Shown in pieces: positions 38,465 through 47,496 of a stretch of 64,000 bases of DNA. Numbering within the stretch: position 1 is the first letter of the stretch; each line of letters opens with the position of its first letter. The DNA lies in contig CAVPOM010000017.1 of the NCBI GenBank assembly GCA_963707025.1, positions 64,001-128,000 of the forward strand. Direction: 5' to 3'. A model generated the notes under the pieces. It had not been told where the DNA came from, searched no databases, and saw only the letters and a program-made list of their open reading frames with translations. This stretch comes from an uncultured Verrucomicrobiae bacterium (GTDB lineage Bacteria; Verrucomicrobiota; Verrucomicrobiia; Limisphaerales; Palsa-1400). The position numbers and the translations under genes are program-made.

Positions 38465-38599
38465 CAGGGCTGCCTTGGCCTGCGGAAGACATGTGGAGTG
38501 CAGTTCACCCTAGATTCCAAAGAGGGTGGATTGCCAGGCGTCCACTTCAAATTCCTGAGCGCGTGACAGACCTGCAAATCCACGGCCGGGGCTGCCTTG
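38465..38599 (+). ncRNA. Rod-shaped ncRNA with central bubble, candidate 6S RNA
   Basis: Closing stem CAGGGCUGCCUUGGCC/GGCCGGGGCUGCCUUG; GUGGA/UCCAC; apical GCAGUUCACCCU/AGGGUGGAUUGC; G-U pairs favour the + strand. Confidence 0.5.
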
Positions 38600-38650
38600 C
38601 CGGAAATGAAAACACCCGGCAGCATGGCGCCAGTTCACCATTGACCGCTC

Positions 38651-39763
38651 TCAGTTTTTGGCGGCGGAACCGACGGCCTGGGGCCAGGCGGTGAAGGCGT
38701 TTTCGGCCATGCGCCGGGCCAAACCTCGCACGATTTGCCGGCAGATGCCGGGGCCTTCATAAATCAGGCCGGTGTAAATTTGCACCAGGGAAGCCCCGGC
38801 GGTGATTTTTTCCCAGGCATCGGCGGCGTTGAAAATTCCGCCGACACCAATAATCGGCAGCGCGCCGCGGGTCTGGCGATGGAGATGGCGCACGATTTCG
38901 GTGCTGCGGGCGCGCAAGGGCCGTCCGCTCAATCCGCCCGCCGCCGCATAGACCCGCTGTAACGCCGGGTCGCTGGTTTGGGGACGGGTGATGGTGGTGT
39001 TGGTGGCGACGATCCCGGCGATCTGGCGCGGACCGGCTAATTCGAGGATTTCATCCAGCGCGGAGAAGGAGAGGTCGGGGGCGACTTTGACCAGGATTGG
39101 GCGGACCGGGGCTTGCGACGGCGTTTTCTGAACTTCCTGGAGGGCGGCGAGGATTTCGTCGAGGGCGGCTTTGTCCTGGAGCTGGCGGAGGTTGGGGGTG
39201 TTGGGGGAGCTGACGTTGACCACAAAGAAATCGCCGTGGGAACGCAGGAGACGAAAGGAGTCGGCGTAGTCCCCGGCGGCGTCGGCCAGAGGGGTGCTTT
39301 TGGATTTGCCCAGATTGATGCCGACCGGGTGGGAGGGCCAGAGTCCGGCTTGTTTCCATTGCGCGAGAGTCGCGGCCAGGGCTTCGGCGCCGGGGTTATT
39401 GAAGCCCATGCTGTTGACAAGGGCCTGATCCTTGATGGCGCGAAAAATGCGCGGGGGCGGGTTGCCCGGCTGAGGATGGCGGGTGACGCCGCCCAGTTCG
39501 CTGAAGCCAAAACCAAGGGCGGGCCAGATGGGAACGGCCTGGGCCAGCTTGTCCATGCCCGCCGCCAGACCAACGGGGTTGGGAAAGGTCAAACCGAGGA
39601 GATCAACGGGGAGTTCCGGCGCGGCATACAGAGCGGCGGTCAGGCCGGTGAGAAGCCGGTGGCGGGAGGCGCAGGCCAGGGCATGGAGCGTGCGGTCGTG
39701 AATTTTCTCCGAGTTTTGCGTGAAAAGGACCGGGCGGATGAGGCTGCGGTAGAACCAACTCAC
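38651..39763 (-). CDS. pyrD: Quinone-dependent dihydroorotate dehydrogenase
   Basis: GLAAGMDK, NVSSPNTP, KVAPDL, GGLSG. Confidence 0.95.
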   Translation of the reverse strand: MSWFYRSLIRPVLFTQNSEKIHDRTLHALACASRHRLLTGLTAALYAAPELPVDLLGLTFPNPVGLAAGMDKLAQAVPIWPALGFGFSELGGVTRHPQPGNPPPRIFRAIKDQALVNSMGFNNPGAEALAATLAQWKQAGLWPSHPVGINLGKSKSTPLADAAGDYADSFRLLRSHGDFFVVNVSSPNTPNLRQLQDKAALDEILAALQEVQKTPSQAPVRPILVKVAPDLSFSALDEILELAGPRQIAGIVATNTTITRPQTSDPALQRVYAAAGGLSGRPLRARSTEIVRHLHRQTRGALPIIGVGGIFNAADAWEKITAGASLVQIYTGLIYEGPGICRQIVRGLARRMAENAFTAWPQAVGSAAKN

Positions 39764-41790
39764 GGCAGAACGGGCAGCCCGGGCTGGGGGCGCGACAAGT
39801 TTAATGGGTCCAGTCCCGCCAGCGCTGGCTGGCCGCGTCGCACGCCGGACTGGCTGAAAAGATTGCGATAGGTGGCCAGGGCCAGGAGCGGCCAACTGTT
39901 GCGGTACATGTCGTACTTCAAATAGAAAACGCGCGGGAAACCGGTGCCGGTCGTCTCCGCTTCGGTCCATGTGCCGTCGGGGTTTTGGGTGCGGACCAGG
40001 CAGGCCATGCCCGCCTGGATGCTGGGGCGGTTGGGGTCTCCAAACGCGCACAGGCCCATCACGGCCCAGGCGGTCTGGGAGGCGGTGCTGGGTCCCTGCC
40101 CCTTGAAGACGGGGTCGTCGTAGGTGTCGCAACGTTCGCCCCAGCCGCCGTCCGGGTGCTGCACGCTTTCCAGCCAGTCGCGGGCTTTGAGGAGCCAGGG
40201 CTGGCGCAGGTCCAGGCCCAGGGCGCGCAGGCCGCGCAGGACCTGCCAGGTGCCGTAAATATAATTGACGCCCCAGCGGCCGTACCAGGAACCATCGGCT
40301 TCCTGGTGGGCGCGGATGAATTCCAGGGCCTTGCGCACCTGGGGGTTCTGCAGGTCGAAGTTCTCGTAGCCGAGCAATTCCAGGATGCGCGCGGTGATAT
40401 CGGCGCATTCCGGGTCGAGCATGGCGTTGTGGTCGGCGAAGGGGACTTTTTCCAGGATGCCCTTGGTGCAATCCCGGTCGAAGGAGGCCCAGCCGCCGTC
40501 CTTGCATTGGAAGGTGAGCATCCAGTTCAGGCCGCGCCGGAAGCATTCGTCGCGGCGGCGCGGGTTGGCCGTGGGAATTTTGCGCAGGGCGAGCAGGACC
40601 ATGGCCGTGTCGTCCACGTCAGGGTTCCACTTGTTGTTGAATTCAAAGACCCAGCCGCTCGGTTCGACGGGCGCGGGGTTTTTGTACTGCCAGTCTCCGC
40701 GGAAACGGACCTCCCGGTCCATGAGCCATTGCGTGCCCAGGGTCAGGGCCGGGTGATCGCTGGCCAGACCCGATTCGTGGAGGGCAATCGCGACGATGGC
40801 GGTGTCCCAAACCGGGGAGGTGCAAGGCTCGAAGCGGACGCTGTCGGCGGTTTGGTGCTCCAGCTTTTGCAATTCTTCCGCGCAACGCCGGATGAGGGGA
40901 TGATCGTCGGGATAACCGAGGGCCTTGAAGGCGATGCGGGAATTCAGAATGCCGGGAAAAATCGCGGCCAGGCCATCGCTGCCCTCGAAGCGCTGGATCA
41001 TCCATTGCTCGGCCTTTTTCAAGGAGAGCTTGCGGAAAGGATGGATTTTCAGGGCGGCGAAATGTTCGGCAAATTTGTGGAGCTTGTCCAGCCCGATGAA
41101 GAAATTGCGCCAGGTAAACCATTCGGGATCGCGGGCCAGCATCAAATCGCGCTCGTGCAAGCCCGAGGGGAAAAGCTCGTCCAGCGAGACGCCGTTGGGC
41201 AGGGGGCGGGTGGGCTTGAAATGGTTGATGATGGACAGGGGCACGAGCATGGAGCGGCTCCACGAACTCATGTCATAGAATTGAACGCCGAACCATTTGC
41301 CAATGAGGATGATTTCGCAGGGAATGGTGGGCACGTAAGCCCAGGGATACAGGCCGAACAGGGCGAGGTATAATTTGGAAAAGGTGTTCAGGCGCGGCAC
41401 TCCGCCCAGGCTCAACGCCGTCTGCCGCGCGCGCAGCATGCGCGGGTCGGTCACGGGGACGCCGGCCAGCTTGAGGGCCAGATAAGCCTTGATGGTGGCG
41501 TTGACTTCGGCCGGGCCGCCGTAATAAATGCTCCAGCCGCCGGAGGGCATTTGCAGGGAAAAGATATGATTGACGGCCTTGCGCTGCCAAGCCAGGTCCA
41601 CCTTGCCGTTCCAATGGTGGAAAGCGACGACATCGGCCACCAGGGTGCAATCCACCATCAACTCGCCGATCCAGTAGCCTTCGGGCTTCTGCTGGCCGAG
41701 GAGCCAGGTTTGCGACCTTTTAATGGCTTGCTCCAGTTCGGCGAACGACAACAAGGCCGGTTCCGGCGCCGGCATCTCCGCCGCCGTCAT
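39760..41790 (-). CDS. shc: Squalene-hopene cyclase (start uncertain)
   Basis: DVDDTA catalytic motif, QW repeats, GRWGVNYIYGT, GTGFP. Confidence 0.96.
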   Translation of the reverse strand: MTAAEMPAPEPALLSFAELEQAIKRSQTWLLGQQKPEGYWIGELMVDCTLVADVVAFHHWNGKVDLAWQRKAVNHIFSLQMPSGGWSIYYGGPAEVNATIKAYLALKLAGVPVTDPRMLRARQTALSLGGVPRLNTFSKLYLALFGLYPWAYVPTIPCEIILIGKWFGVQFYDMSSWSRSMLVPLSIINHFKPTRPLPNGVSLDELFPSGLHERDLMLARDPEWFTWRNFFIGLDKLHKFAEHFAALKIHPFRKLSLKKAEQWMIQRFEGSDGLAAIFPGILNSRIAFKALGYPDDHPLIRRCAEELQKLEHQTADSVRFEPCTSPVWDTAIVAIALHESGLASDHPALTLGTQWLMDREVRFRGDWQYKNPAPVEPSGWVFEFNNKWNPDVDDTAMVLLALRKIPTANPRRRDECFRRGLNWMLTFQCKDGGWASFDRDCTKGILEKVPFADHNAMLDPECADITARILELLGYENFDLQNPQVRKALEFIRAHQEADGSWYGRWGVNYIYGTWQVLRGLRALGLDLRQPWLLKARDWLESVQHPDGGWGERCDTYDDPVFKGQGPSTASQTAWAVMGLCAFGDPNRPSIQAGMACLVRTQNPDGTWTEAETTGTGFPRVFYLKYDMYRNSWPLLALATYRNLFSQSGVRRGQPALAGLDPLNLSRPQPGLPVLP

Positions 41791-41928
41791 TAGCCCGTTA
41801 GAGTGATTTAAAACATTGACCGGCACTTCCCCAATGTGCGGAGTAAAGGAGAGGCTGTAAAGGGCGGAATTGAGGATGTCGAAAAATGGAGATGGACGCT
41901 GGATTGGATGTGACACTTCATATTTCGC

Positions 41929-42180
41929 ATGAGCAGAGCCTCAAATCGTGATGTCGGGCAACGTTGCCACCGCGCTGTGGAGCGGGTGGACGATGGCGAG
42001 GCAGCGGCCACTGCAGGCCGGCGACGCTCCGCGGTCCGCCTGGTGCCGGTCCCGCGCCGGAACACCGCGGCAAAACGGATGCCCGATGTCACTGCCCGGC
42101 TGCAAATGGTCTTTGGTCGAAGGGCGATCTCTGAAAAGAACATGACAAAAATCTTGGACGAAAATCGGAGTGCCTTCTAA
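41929..42180 (+). CDS. Phd/YefM-like antitoxin, divergent orphan
   Basis: DGEAAATAGRRRSAVRLVPVP pattern; no toxin gene downstream. Confidence 0.45.
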   Translation: MSRASNRDVGQRCHRAVERVDDGEAAATAGRRRSAVRLVPVPRRNTAAKRMPDVTARLQMVFGRRAISEKNMTKILDENRSAF

Positions 42181-42250
42181 TGGTGTTTCCCGGACGCTTT
42201 GGAGTGCGGGAGCTTGCTCCCGCTTTCAGGCCGGCCACGATTTGCGGAGA

Positions 42251-42988
42251 TCAAAGCGGCGGCGAGCCGTGCGGGAGACAATGGGGCCGGATCACTAAAC
42301 TGATCAGAGCGCCTCCTCCGCCAGCCAGCAAAGCCAAAAGCGTTCCTCCGAGAGCCCATATCGAGAATATCTCTGACTTGAATCGGACGACGGAACTCAG
42401 GTTTGGTCTGGCCAAGTTTAAAATCGTGGCCTGCGCGGTGATCTGTTTGTCCGGCACTGGGGATGCTGAGTGTAATTCACTGCTCTCTTCTTGATTCCGT
42501 CTTTGCAGACAGTACTCGCGATAAACGCCCACAAGGGCATTGGCGATGTTGGCCGCCAAATTTGGGTCGGCGTTCTGGACCGAAATGGCAATCACGTTGG
42601 TGCCGGGCACCTGGGTGACACTGACTTTTTGTTCGAGTTCCCACGCTGCTTTCTGCACGGGCCAGTCAGGCTCGCCGGCTTGGCTGGCAAGCGCCTGCTG
42701 GAGATTCAGGTTGGTGGTCACCTGCTCTGAGAAGTCAAATGAGCTGATGATTTTACACTGCGAGTCAAGGGATTGAGGGTACCAGTGTTGGTTGTCCAGC
42801 CCATGTCGCGTCCCATCAACGTCAACAATAACCTCGAGTCTCACGATGCCGAGATAAACTCGGGGCGACACATACGCGACGATGGCACTACAAACCAGCG
42901 CGGCGGCGAAGACCGCCACGAATACTCTGATGAACACGGCCAGCAGTCTGGGATCGCCTGGAAAGGCACGGAATATTGTCTTACACAT
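42251..42988 (-). CDS. Wzz/GumC-like membrane protein
   Basis: N- and C-terminal TM; PRVY..., TNVIAISVQNADPNLAANIANALVGVY. Confidence 0.7.
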   Translation of the reverse strand: MCKTIFRAFPGDPRLLAVFIRVFVAVFAAALVCSAIVAYVSPRVYLGIVRLEVIVDVDGTRHGLDNQHWYPQSLDSQCKIISSFDFSEQVTTNLNLQQALASQAGEPDWPVQKAAWELEQKVSVTQVPGTNVIAISVQNADPNLAANIANALVGVYREYCLQRRNQEESSELHSASPVPDKQITAQATILNLARPNLSSVVRFKSEIFSIWALGGTLLALLAGGGGALISLVIRPHCLPHGSPPL

Positions 42989-43122
42989 GAGTTCTCACCT
43001 GTTCGGGGTTGCGAGGTGTTCTGCCTGTGAAGTTCTCGTCAAATTCAGCAACACGCGCAGCCACAAGACGGCCTATTCCCTTCGCTTTAATTGACACGTT
43101 GACTACCGCAACCGTTCAAAAA

Positions 43123-43194
43123 GGCAGGGCGAGACTCGAGGCGCGACTAAATGCCCCCGAAATCGAGTCAGGCTCCACGGAGTCTTGCCCTGCC
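43123..43194. repeat. REP-like family A palindrome
   Basis: GGCAGGGCGAGACTC ... GAGTCTTGCCCTGCC. Confidence 0.7.
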
Positions 43195-43269
43195 GTTGAC
43201 GGCCCAGCCAAAGCTGACCGGTGGCGTTTAGAATTTGAAGTCTTATGCGGCTGCTGGTATGGGTTGGGC

Positions 43270-44079
43270 ATGCTGGTTGAATTCACCAAGATGAACGGGG
43301 CGGGGAATGATTTTGTGCTGCTGGAGGACCGCGCGGGAAAAATGAAGCTGGACCGCCGCCAGATCGCCCGGATTTGCGACCGCCACGCCGGCGTCGGGGC
43401 CGACGGGCTGATCGTGCTGCGGCCATGCGCTTCCGGGCGCGCGGACTGGGCCTGGGATTTTTACAACAACGACGGCGGCAACGCGGAGATGTGCGGCAAC
43501 GGGGCGCGTTGTTTTGCCCGCTTTGCCCAGCGGCTGACCGGCGCGCAAAGCGGCCTCACTTTTGAGACGCGCGCCGGAATCATCACGGCCAGTTTCCAGG
43601 GCCAACGGGTCACGGTGAGCCTGACGCCGCCCAGGGATTTGCGGCTGAACCAAACCATTGACTTGCGCGGCGGAACCACGGCGGTGCATTCGGTGGACAC
43701 CGGCGTGCCTCACGCGGTGATGTATGTGCCGGACGCCGACCAGGCCATGGTCCAATCCCTCGGCGCGGAAGTCCGGGGCCACGCCCATTTCGGGCCGCGC
43801 GGCACGAACGTTAATTTTGTGCAGTTGGGCGGCGGCAACGCCATCCGCGTGCGCACCTACGAGCGGGGCGTGGAAGGGGAGACGCTGGCCTGCGGCACCG
43901 GGGTGACGGCCTCCGCCTTGATTTCCGCCGAACTGCATGGCCTGACGTTGCCGGTCCGGGTGCAGGTGCGGGGCGGGGATGTGCTGGAGGTGAGTTTCGA
44001 AAAGCAGGACGGACAATTTGCCAACGTGCGTCTGACCGGCCCGGCGGACTTTGCCTTTGAGGGAAGAATTGAGGTGTGA
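43270..44079 (+). CDS. dapF: Diaminopimelate epimerase
   Basis: KMNGAGNDF, EMCGNG, ERGVEGETLACGTG. Confidence 0.97.
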   Translation: MLVEFTKMNGAGNDFVLLEDRAGKMKLDRRQIARICDRHAGVGADGLIVLRPCASGRADWAWDFYNNDGGNAEMCGNGARCFARFAQRLTGAQSGLTFETRAGIITASFQGQRVTVSLTPPRDLRLNQTIDLRGGTTAVHSVDTGVPHAVMYVPDADQAMVQSLGAEVRGHAHFGPRGTNVNFVQLGGGNAIRVRTYERGVEGETLACGTGVTASALISAELHGLTLPVRVQVRGGDVLEVSFEKQDGQFANVRLTGPADFAFEGRIEV

Positions 44080-44258
44080 GGCCAGGGATGTGTTCCGCCG
44101 CGAGTTTCCGCGCCCGGGCTGCGGCATGCCAACTTCAGGGTGAACCCGGTTAAAAACCAAACTTCCTTGCCTTTGGCATTTGACGACCATTTCTGGCTCA
44201 GCCTTCAATCGTCCGTAACCAAGCGGCGGCTGACGAAACGAAGAATTCAGCACTTTCC

Positions 44259-44306
44259 AAATAAGCACATGGGCATTGAAATCCAGCAATGCCCATGTGC
44301 TTATTT
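44259..44306. repeat. Perfect 20-bp inverted repeat with 8-nt loop
   Basis: AAATAAGCACATGGGCATTG-aaatccag-CAATGCCCATGTGCTTATTT. Confidence 0.95.
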
Positions 44307-44389
44307 TAACCAGGCAGGCGAACCTGTCGAGGAAAATCTTTTCTGACGACCGAAAATGGAACGCAGAAACCAAGTTCTTTTTAAACGCG

Positions 44390-44497
44390 CCTTTCCTGGA
44401 GTTCCTTTCCTGGAGTTCCTTTCGTGGAGTAGCTCTCGTGGAGCACCTTTCGTGGACTTCCGGTCCTGGAGTTCGGCGCGGGGTTCGGCGCGGAGTT
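44390..44497. repeat. Tandem array: six 14-bp units plus two 12-bp units
   Basis: CCTTTCCTGGAGTT x2, CCTTTCGTGGAGTA, GCTCTCGTGGAGCA, CCTTTCGTGGACTT, CCGGTCCTGGAGTT, CGGCGCGG(G/A)GTT x2. Confidence 0.9.
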
Positions 44498-44538
44498 CCG
44501 ACTGGCTTCCGTTGTATTTTGGGGCTATTCTGGCCGGC

Positions 44539-45258
44539 GTGGCGAAATTAGTGTTTGACATTGAAACCTCGGCCCTGCCGCTGGCGCAATTTGACGCCGT
44601 CCAGCAGGAGTATCTTTTTCGCGACGCGCTGAACCTGGCCGACGCGGAGGCGCGCCAGAAGCGGCAGGAGGAAGTACTGCGCCAATTTAATCTCTGGCCT
44701 TTCACGGCCCAGGTGGTGTGCATTGCCATGCTCAACGCGGAAAGCAGCCGGGGCAAGGTGCTGTTTGTGGCGGAGGATTTCGAGGAGGACGGGGCGGAGG
44801 CGGGGGCGGTGGAGTTCAGGGCCTGCGCGGACGAGGGCCAGTTGCTGGGGGAATTCTGGGAGCTGGCCAGGCATTACGATTCGATTGTGACGTTCAACGG
44901 GCGGGGATTTGACGTGCCGTTCATTTATTTGCGCTCGGCCATTTTGAACGTGGCGGTGACGCAGAAAGGCTGGCTGGGCTACCGGTTTCAAGTGGAGCCG
45001 CACTGCGACTTGATCGAGCAGTTGACCTTTTACGGGGTGAGCGGAAGGGAGGGCGCGGCCCGGCGCTTCAACCTGGATTTCTATTGCAAGGCCTTCGGCA
45101 TCCAGTCGCCCAAGAGCCACGGGGTCACGGGGATGGACATCAACGGGATGCTGGCCGAGAAACGATTTCGGGAGATCGCCGAGTATTGCCTGGGCGACGT
45201 GCAGGCCACGGTGCTGCTCTATAGAATTTGGAAAGAGCGGCTGGGTGGTGTAAAGTAA
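44539..45258 (+). CDS. DEDD-type 3'-5' exonuclease (PolB-exo/RNase H-like)
   Basis: VFDIET, TFNGRGFDVPF, EYCLGDV. Confidence 0.88.
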   Translation: MAKLVFDIETSALPLAQFDAVQQEYLFRDALNLADAEARQKRQEEVLRQFNLWPFTAQVVCIAMLNAESSRGKVLFVAEDFEEDGAEAGAVEFRACADEGQLLGEFWELARHYDSIVTFNGRGFDVPFIYLRSAILNVAVTQKGWLGYRFQVEPHCDLIEQLTFYGVSGREGAARRFNLDFYCKAFGIQSPKSHGVTGMDINGMLAEKRFREIAEYCLGDVQATVLLYRIWKERLGGVK

Positions 45259-45268
45259 AACAGGCCGA

Positions 45269-46009
45269 ATGGAAGCACTCAACATGGTCAAGACTCACAA
45301 CGATTGCGGGCCCATCGGAAAGCTGTCGCGCAAGCCGGCGGAACTGCTGGTCTGCTTTGCGGTCAAGGAGGAGGCGCGGTTTTTCATGGATGGCATGGTT
45401 TGCCAAGCCGATCAGGCCGGCAAAAAACCGCACCCTCCGCTTTATCAGGTCTGGATGACGGGCATGGGACGGCGCAACGCGGTGGAAGGCGTGCGCCAAG
45501 CCATCGCGCTGGTGCGGCCCAAACGGGTCATCACCTCCGGGTTCGCCGGCGGATTGAATCCCAAGCTGAAGTTTGGGACCATCGTCTATGACGAGGATTT
45601 CGACGCCGGGTTTGGACCGCAACTGGAACAGGCGGGCGCGGTCCGGGGGACATTTTACTGTCATCGCCGCGTGGCCATCACCGCCGGGGAGAAAGCCGCC
45701 CTCTGGCAATCCACCGGGGCGGACGCGGTGGAGATGGAATCGAGCGCGATCCGGAATATCTGTCGCGAGCAGAAAATCCCGAGCGCGACCATCCGGGTGA
45801 TTTCCGACGACGCCGGCCAGGATTTGCCGCTGGACTTCAACGCCTTGATGACGCCGGAGGACCGGATTCATTACCCGAAATTGATTTGGGCGGTGTTGAG
45901 CCGACCGGGCCGGATCGGCAAGCTGATGGATTTCCAGCGCCAAACGATGGCGGCGTCGCGTCAGTTGGGGGCGGTGCTGGGGCAATTATTGCGCGCGCAG
46001 GGCAGTTGA
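45269..46009 (+). CDS. Nucleoside phosphorylase superfamily protein (HpnG-like)
   Basis: TGMG, SGFAGGL, AVEMESSA, RVISD. Confidence 0.8.
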   Translation: MEALNMVKTHNDCGPIGKLSRKPAELLVCFAVKEEARFFMDGMVCQADQAGKKPHPPLYQVWMTGMGRRNAVEGVRQAIALVRPKRVITSGFAGGLNPKLKFGTIVYDEDFDAGFGPQLEQAGAVRGTFYCHRRVAITAGEKAALWQSTGADAVEMESSAIRNICREQKIPSATIRVISDDAGQDLPLDFNALMTPEDRIHYPKLIWAVLSRPGRIGKLMDFQRQTMAASRQLGAVLGQLLRAQGS

Positions 46010-46116
46010 GGCGGCAGACCAAAGCGCGCATGGCCGATGGAGGATGGAGGCTGGCCAAGACGGGCACGCCAGCCAGGCAATCCCCCCGCCCGGCGGCGGA
46101 CAGCGGACGGCCCGTC

Positions 46117-46557
46117 CTACCTGGCATCAGCGGGCGGGGTCATCATGGGAGCGTCCGCCGGCGGATTTTGTTTAGTCTTGACAGCTTCGCTGTAGCTGGT
46201 GAGGAACGCGCCCAGAGTGATGAGGATCACCCCGGCCCAGCGCACGGCGGAAACCTTTTCATCCAGAATAAACTTTGCCGCCAGGGTGGCGATGATGAAG
46301 CCAATGGAGGTGAGGGGCCAGATGAGGCTGACATCGCGCTGGGAAAGCAGGTAAAGGAAACATCCAAAAAAGGCCGCCTCCAGGGCGACACCGAGGATGA
46401 TTTTGTGGTTGGTGACGCCGGCCTGGGCGACGCGGAGAATGGCGGAGGCGCTCATTTGGCTTGGGCGGGTGATCTGGTTCAGGCCGCCTTTGATAAAGAC
46501 CACGCCGATGTTTTCAAGGATTGCCGCGATAATTAAAATGACAATGATTTTGGCCAT
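46117..46557 (-). CDS. EamA/DMT small membrane transporter
   Basis: DVSLIWPL..LDEKVSAVRWAGVILI. Confidence 0.85.
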   Translation of the reverse strand: MAKIIVILIIAAILENIGVVFIKGGLNQITRPSQMSASAILRVAQAGVTNHKIILGVALEAAFFGCFLYLLSQRDVSLIWPLTSIGFIIATLAAKFILDEKVSAVRWAGVILITLGAFLTSYSEAVKTKQNPPADAPMMTPPADAR

Positions 46558-46559
46558 AA

Positions 46560-47417
46560 TTAAAGGTCTTGGTAGCGGATCAATTGGATGCCCAATTGCG
46601 CCGCCAGGGTTTTAAGGGTTGGATTGATCAGGGCGTCAAATTCATTTCTAAATTGATCGAGGGAGGGATGGGAGTAAAGCTCCGAATCGCCCGGCGGCAG
46701 GGCGGGCAGAAGTTTGGCCACGAACGGCGCATCCACCCGGGCGTTCTGCAGCAGGCCGAAGACGACGCGGGTGTGGCGGATGCCCTTGTGCGCCAGCACC
46801 GGCCGGGCGCGGGCGGAAAGGAGGCGGTGAATGGCGGTGTGGCTCAGGCGGTAAATCCACCGGCCCGAAGCGAGCCGGGCGTTCAAGCCGAACCAGTCGT
46901 CGGTCAGGCGCAGGGCGGTGATGCCCCAGCGTTGCGCATTTTCCATCAAGATGCCGAACACGACCGGGTGAAGATGCAGATGGAGGTGGCCGTTGACGTG
47001 ATCGAGCGGCAGGCCGGTGGCGCGGAATTTCTCAAATTGCGCCGCGATTTCCAGGGGCAACTGGGCGCGGCATTTGGCGGAGGCGAAGTAGCGCCACCCG
47101 GTGGCCACGGGATTATTGGAAAATTGCCCCCGCGCATCAACCAATTGGGGAATCTGCCCGGCCGGCAACGCGGCGGCCCCGCACACCAGGGCGAGGTGCA
47201 AGCCGACGCCCAGGCCCGGATTTTGCCGCGCCAGGGCCACGGCCTCGCCGGCGTGCGGCTCATTGACCATCAAGCTGGCGCTGGTGAGGATGCCCTCGCG
47301 ATGGGCGCGCAGGACGGCCTGGTTGATGGATTGGGAGCGGCCAAAATCATCCGCATTGACGACCAGCCGTCTTTTCGGCGGCGGGCTTTTTTGCACTTTA
47401 ATATCTGGCAGCGCCAT
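46560..47417 (-). CDS. hpnK: ChbG/YdjC-family deacetylase, hopanoid-associated HpnK-like
   Basis: VNADDFG, VGLHL, DHVNGHLHLH, ELYSHP. Confidence 0.8.
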   Translation of the reverse strand: MALPDIKVQKSPPPKRRLVVNADDFGRSQSINQAVLRAHREGILTSASLMVNEPHAGEAVALARQNPGLGVGLHLALVCGAAALPAGQIPQLVDARGQFSNNPVATGWRYFASAKCRAQLPLEIAAQFEKFRATGLPLDHVNGHLHLHLHPVVFGILMENAQRWGITALRLTDDWFGLNARLASGRWIYRLSHTAIHRLLSARARPVLAHKGIRHTRVVFGLLQNARVDAPFVAKLLPALPPGDSELYSHPSLDQFRNEFDALINPTLKTLAAQLGIQLIRYQDL

Positions 47418-47496
47418 GGAAGCCGGAAGCATAACCGCAAAGGGGGCAAAGATCGTGAAAAAAATGCCGGCGCGGAAGAAGCAAGATCCATTTCCT

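Noticed and set aside
35298..40546. Apparent long fusion ORFs 35298-37247 and 38651-40546
   Set aside because: Their N-terminal parts are alternate-frame read-through over gatA and shc; real starts are near 36266 and 39763.
44390..44497. CRISPR array or coding repeat (N-terminal extension of ORF 44356-45258)
   Set aside because: No spacers; the 14-bp period is out of frame; exonuclease homology starts at GTG 44539.
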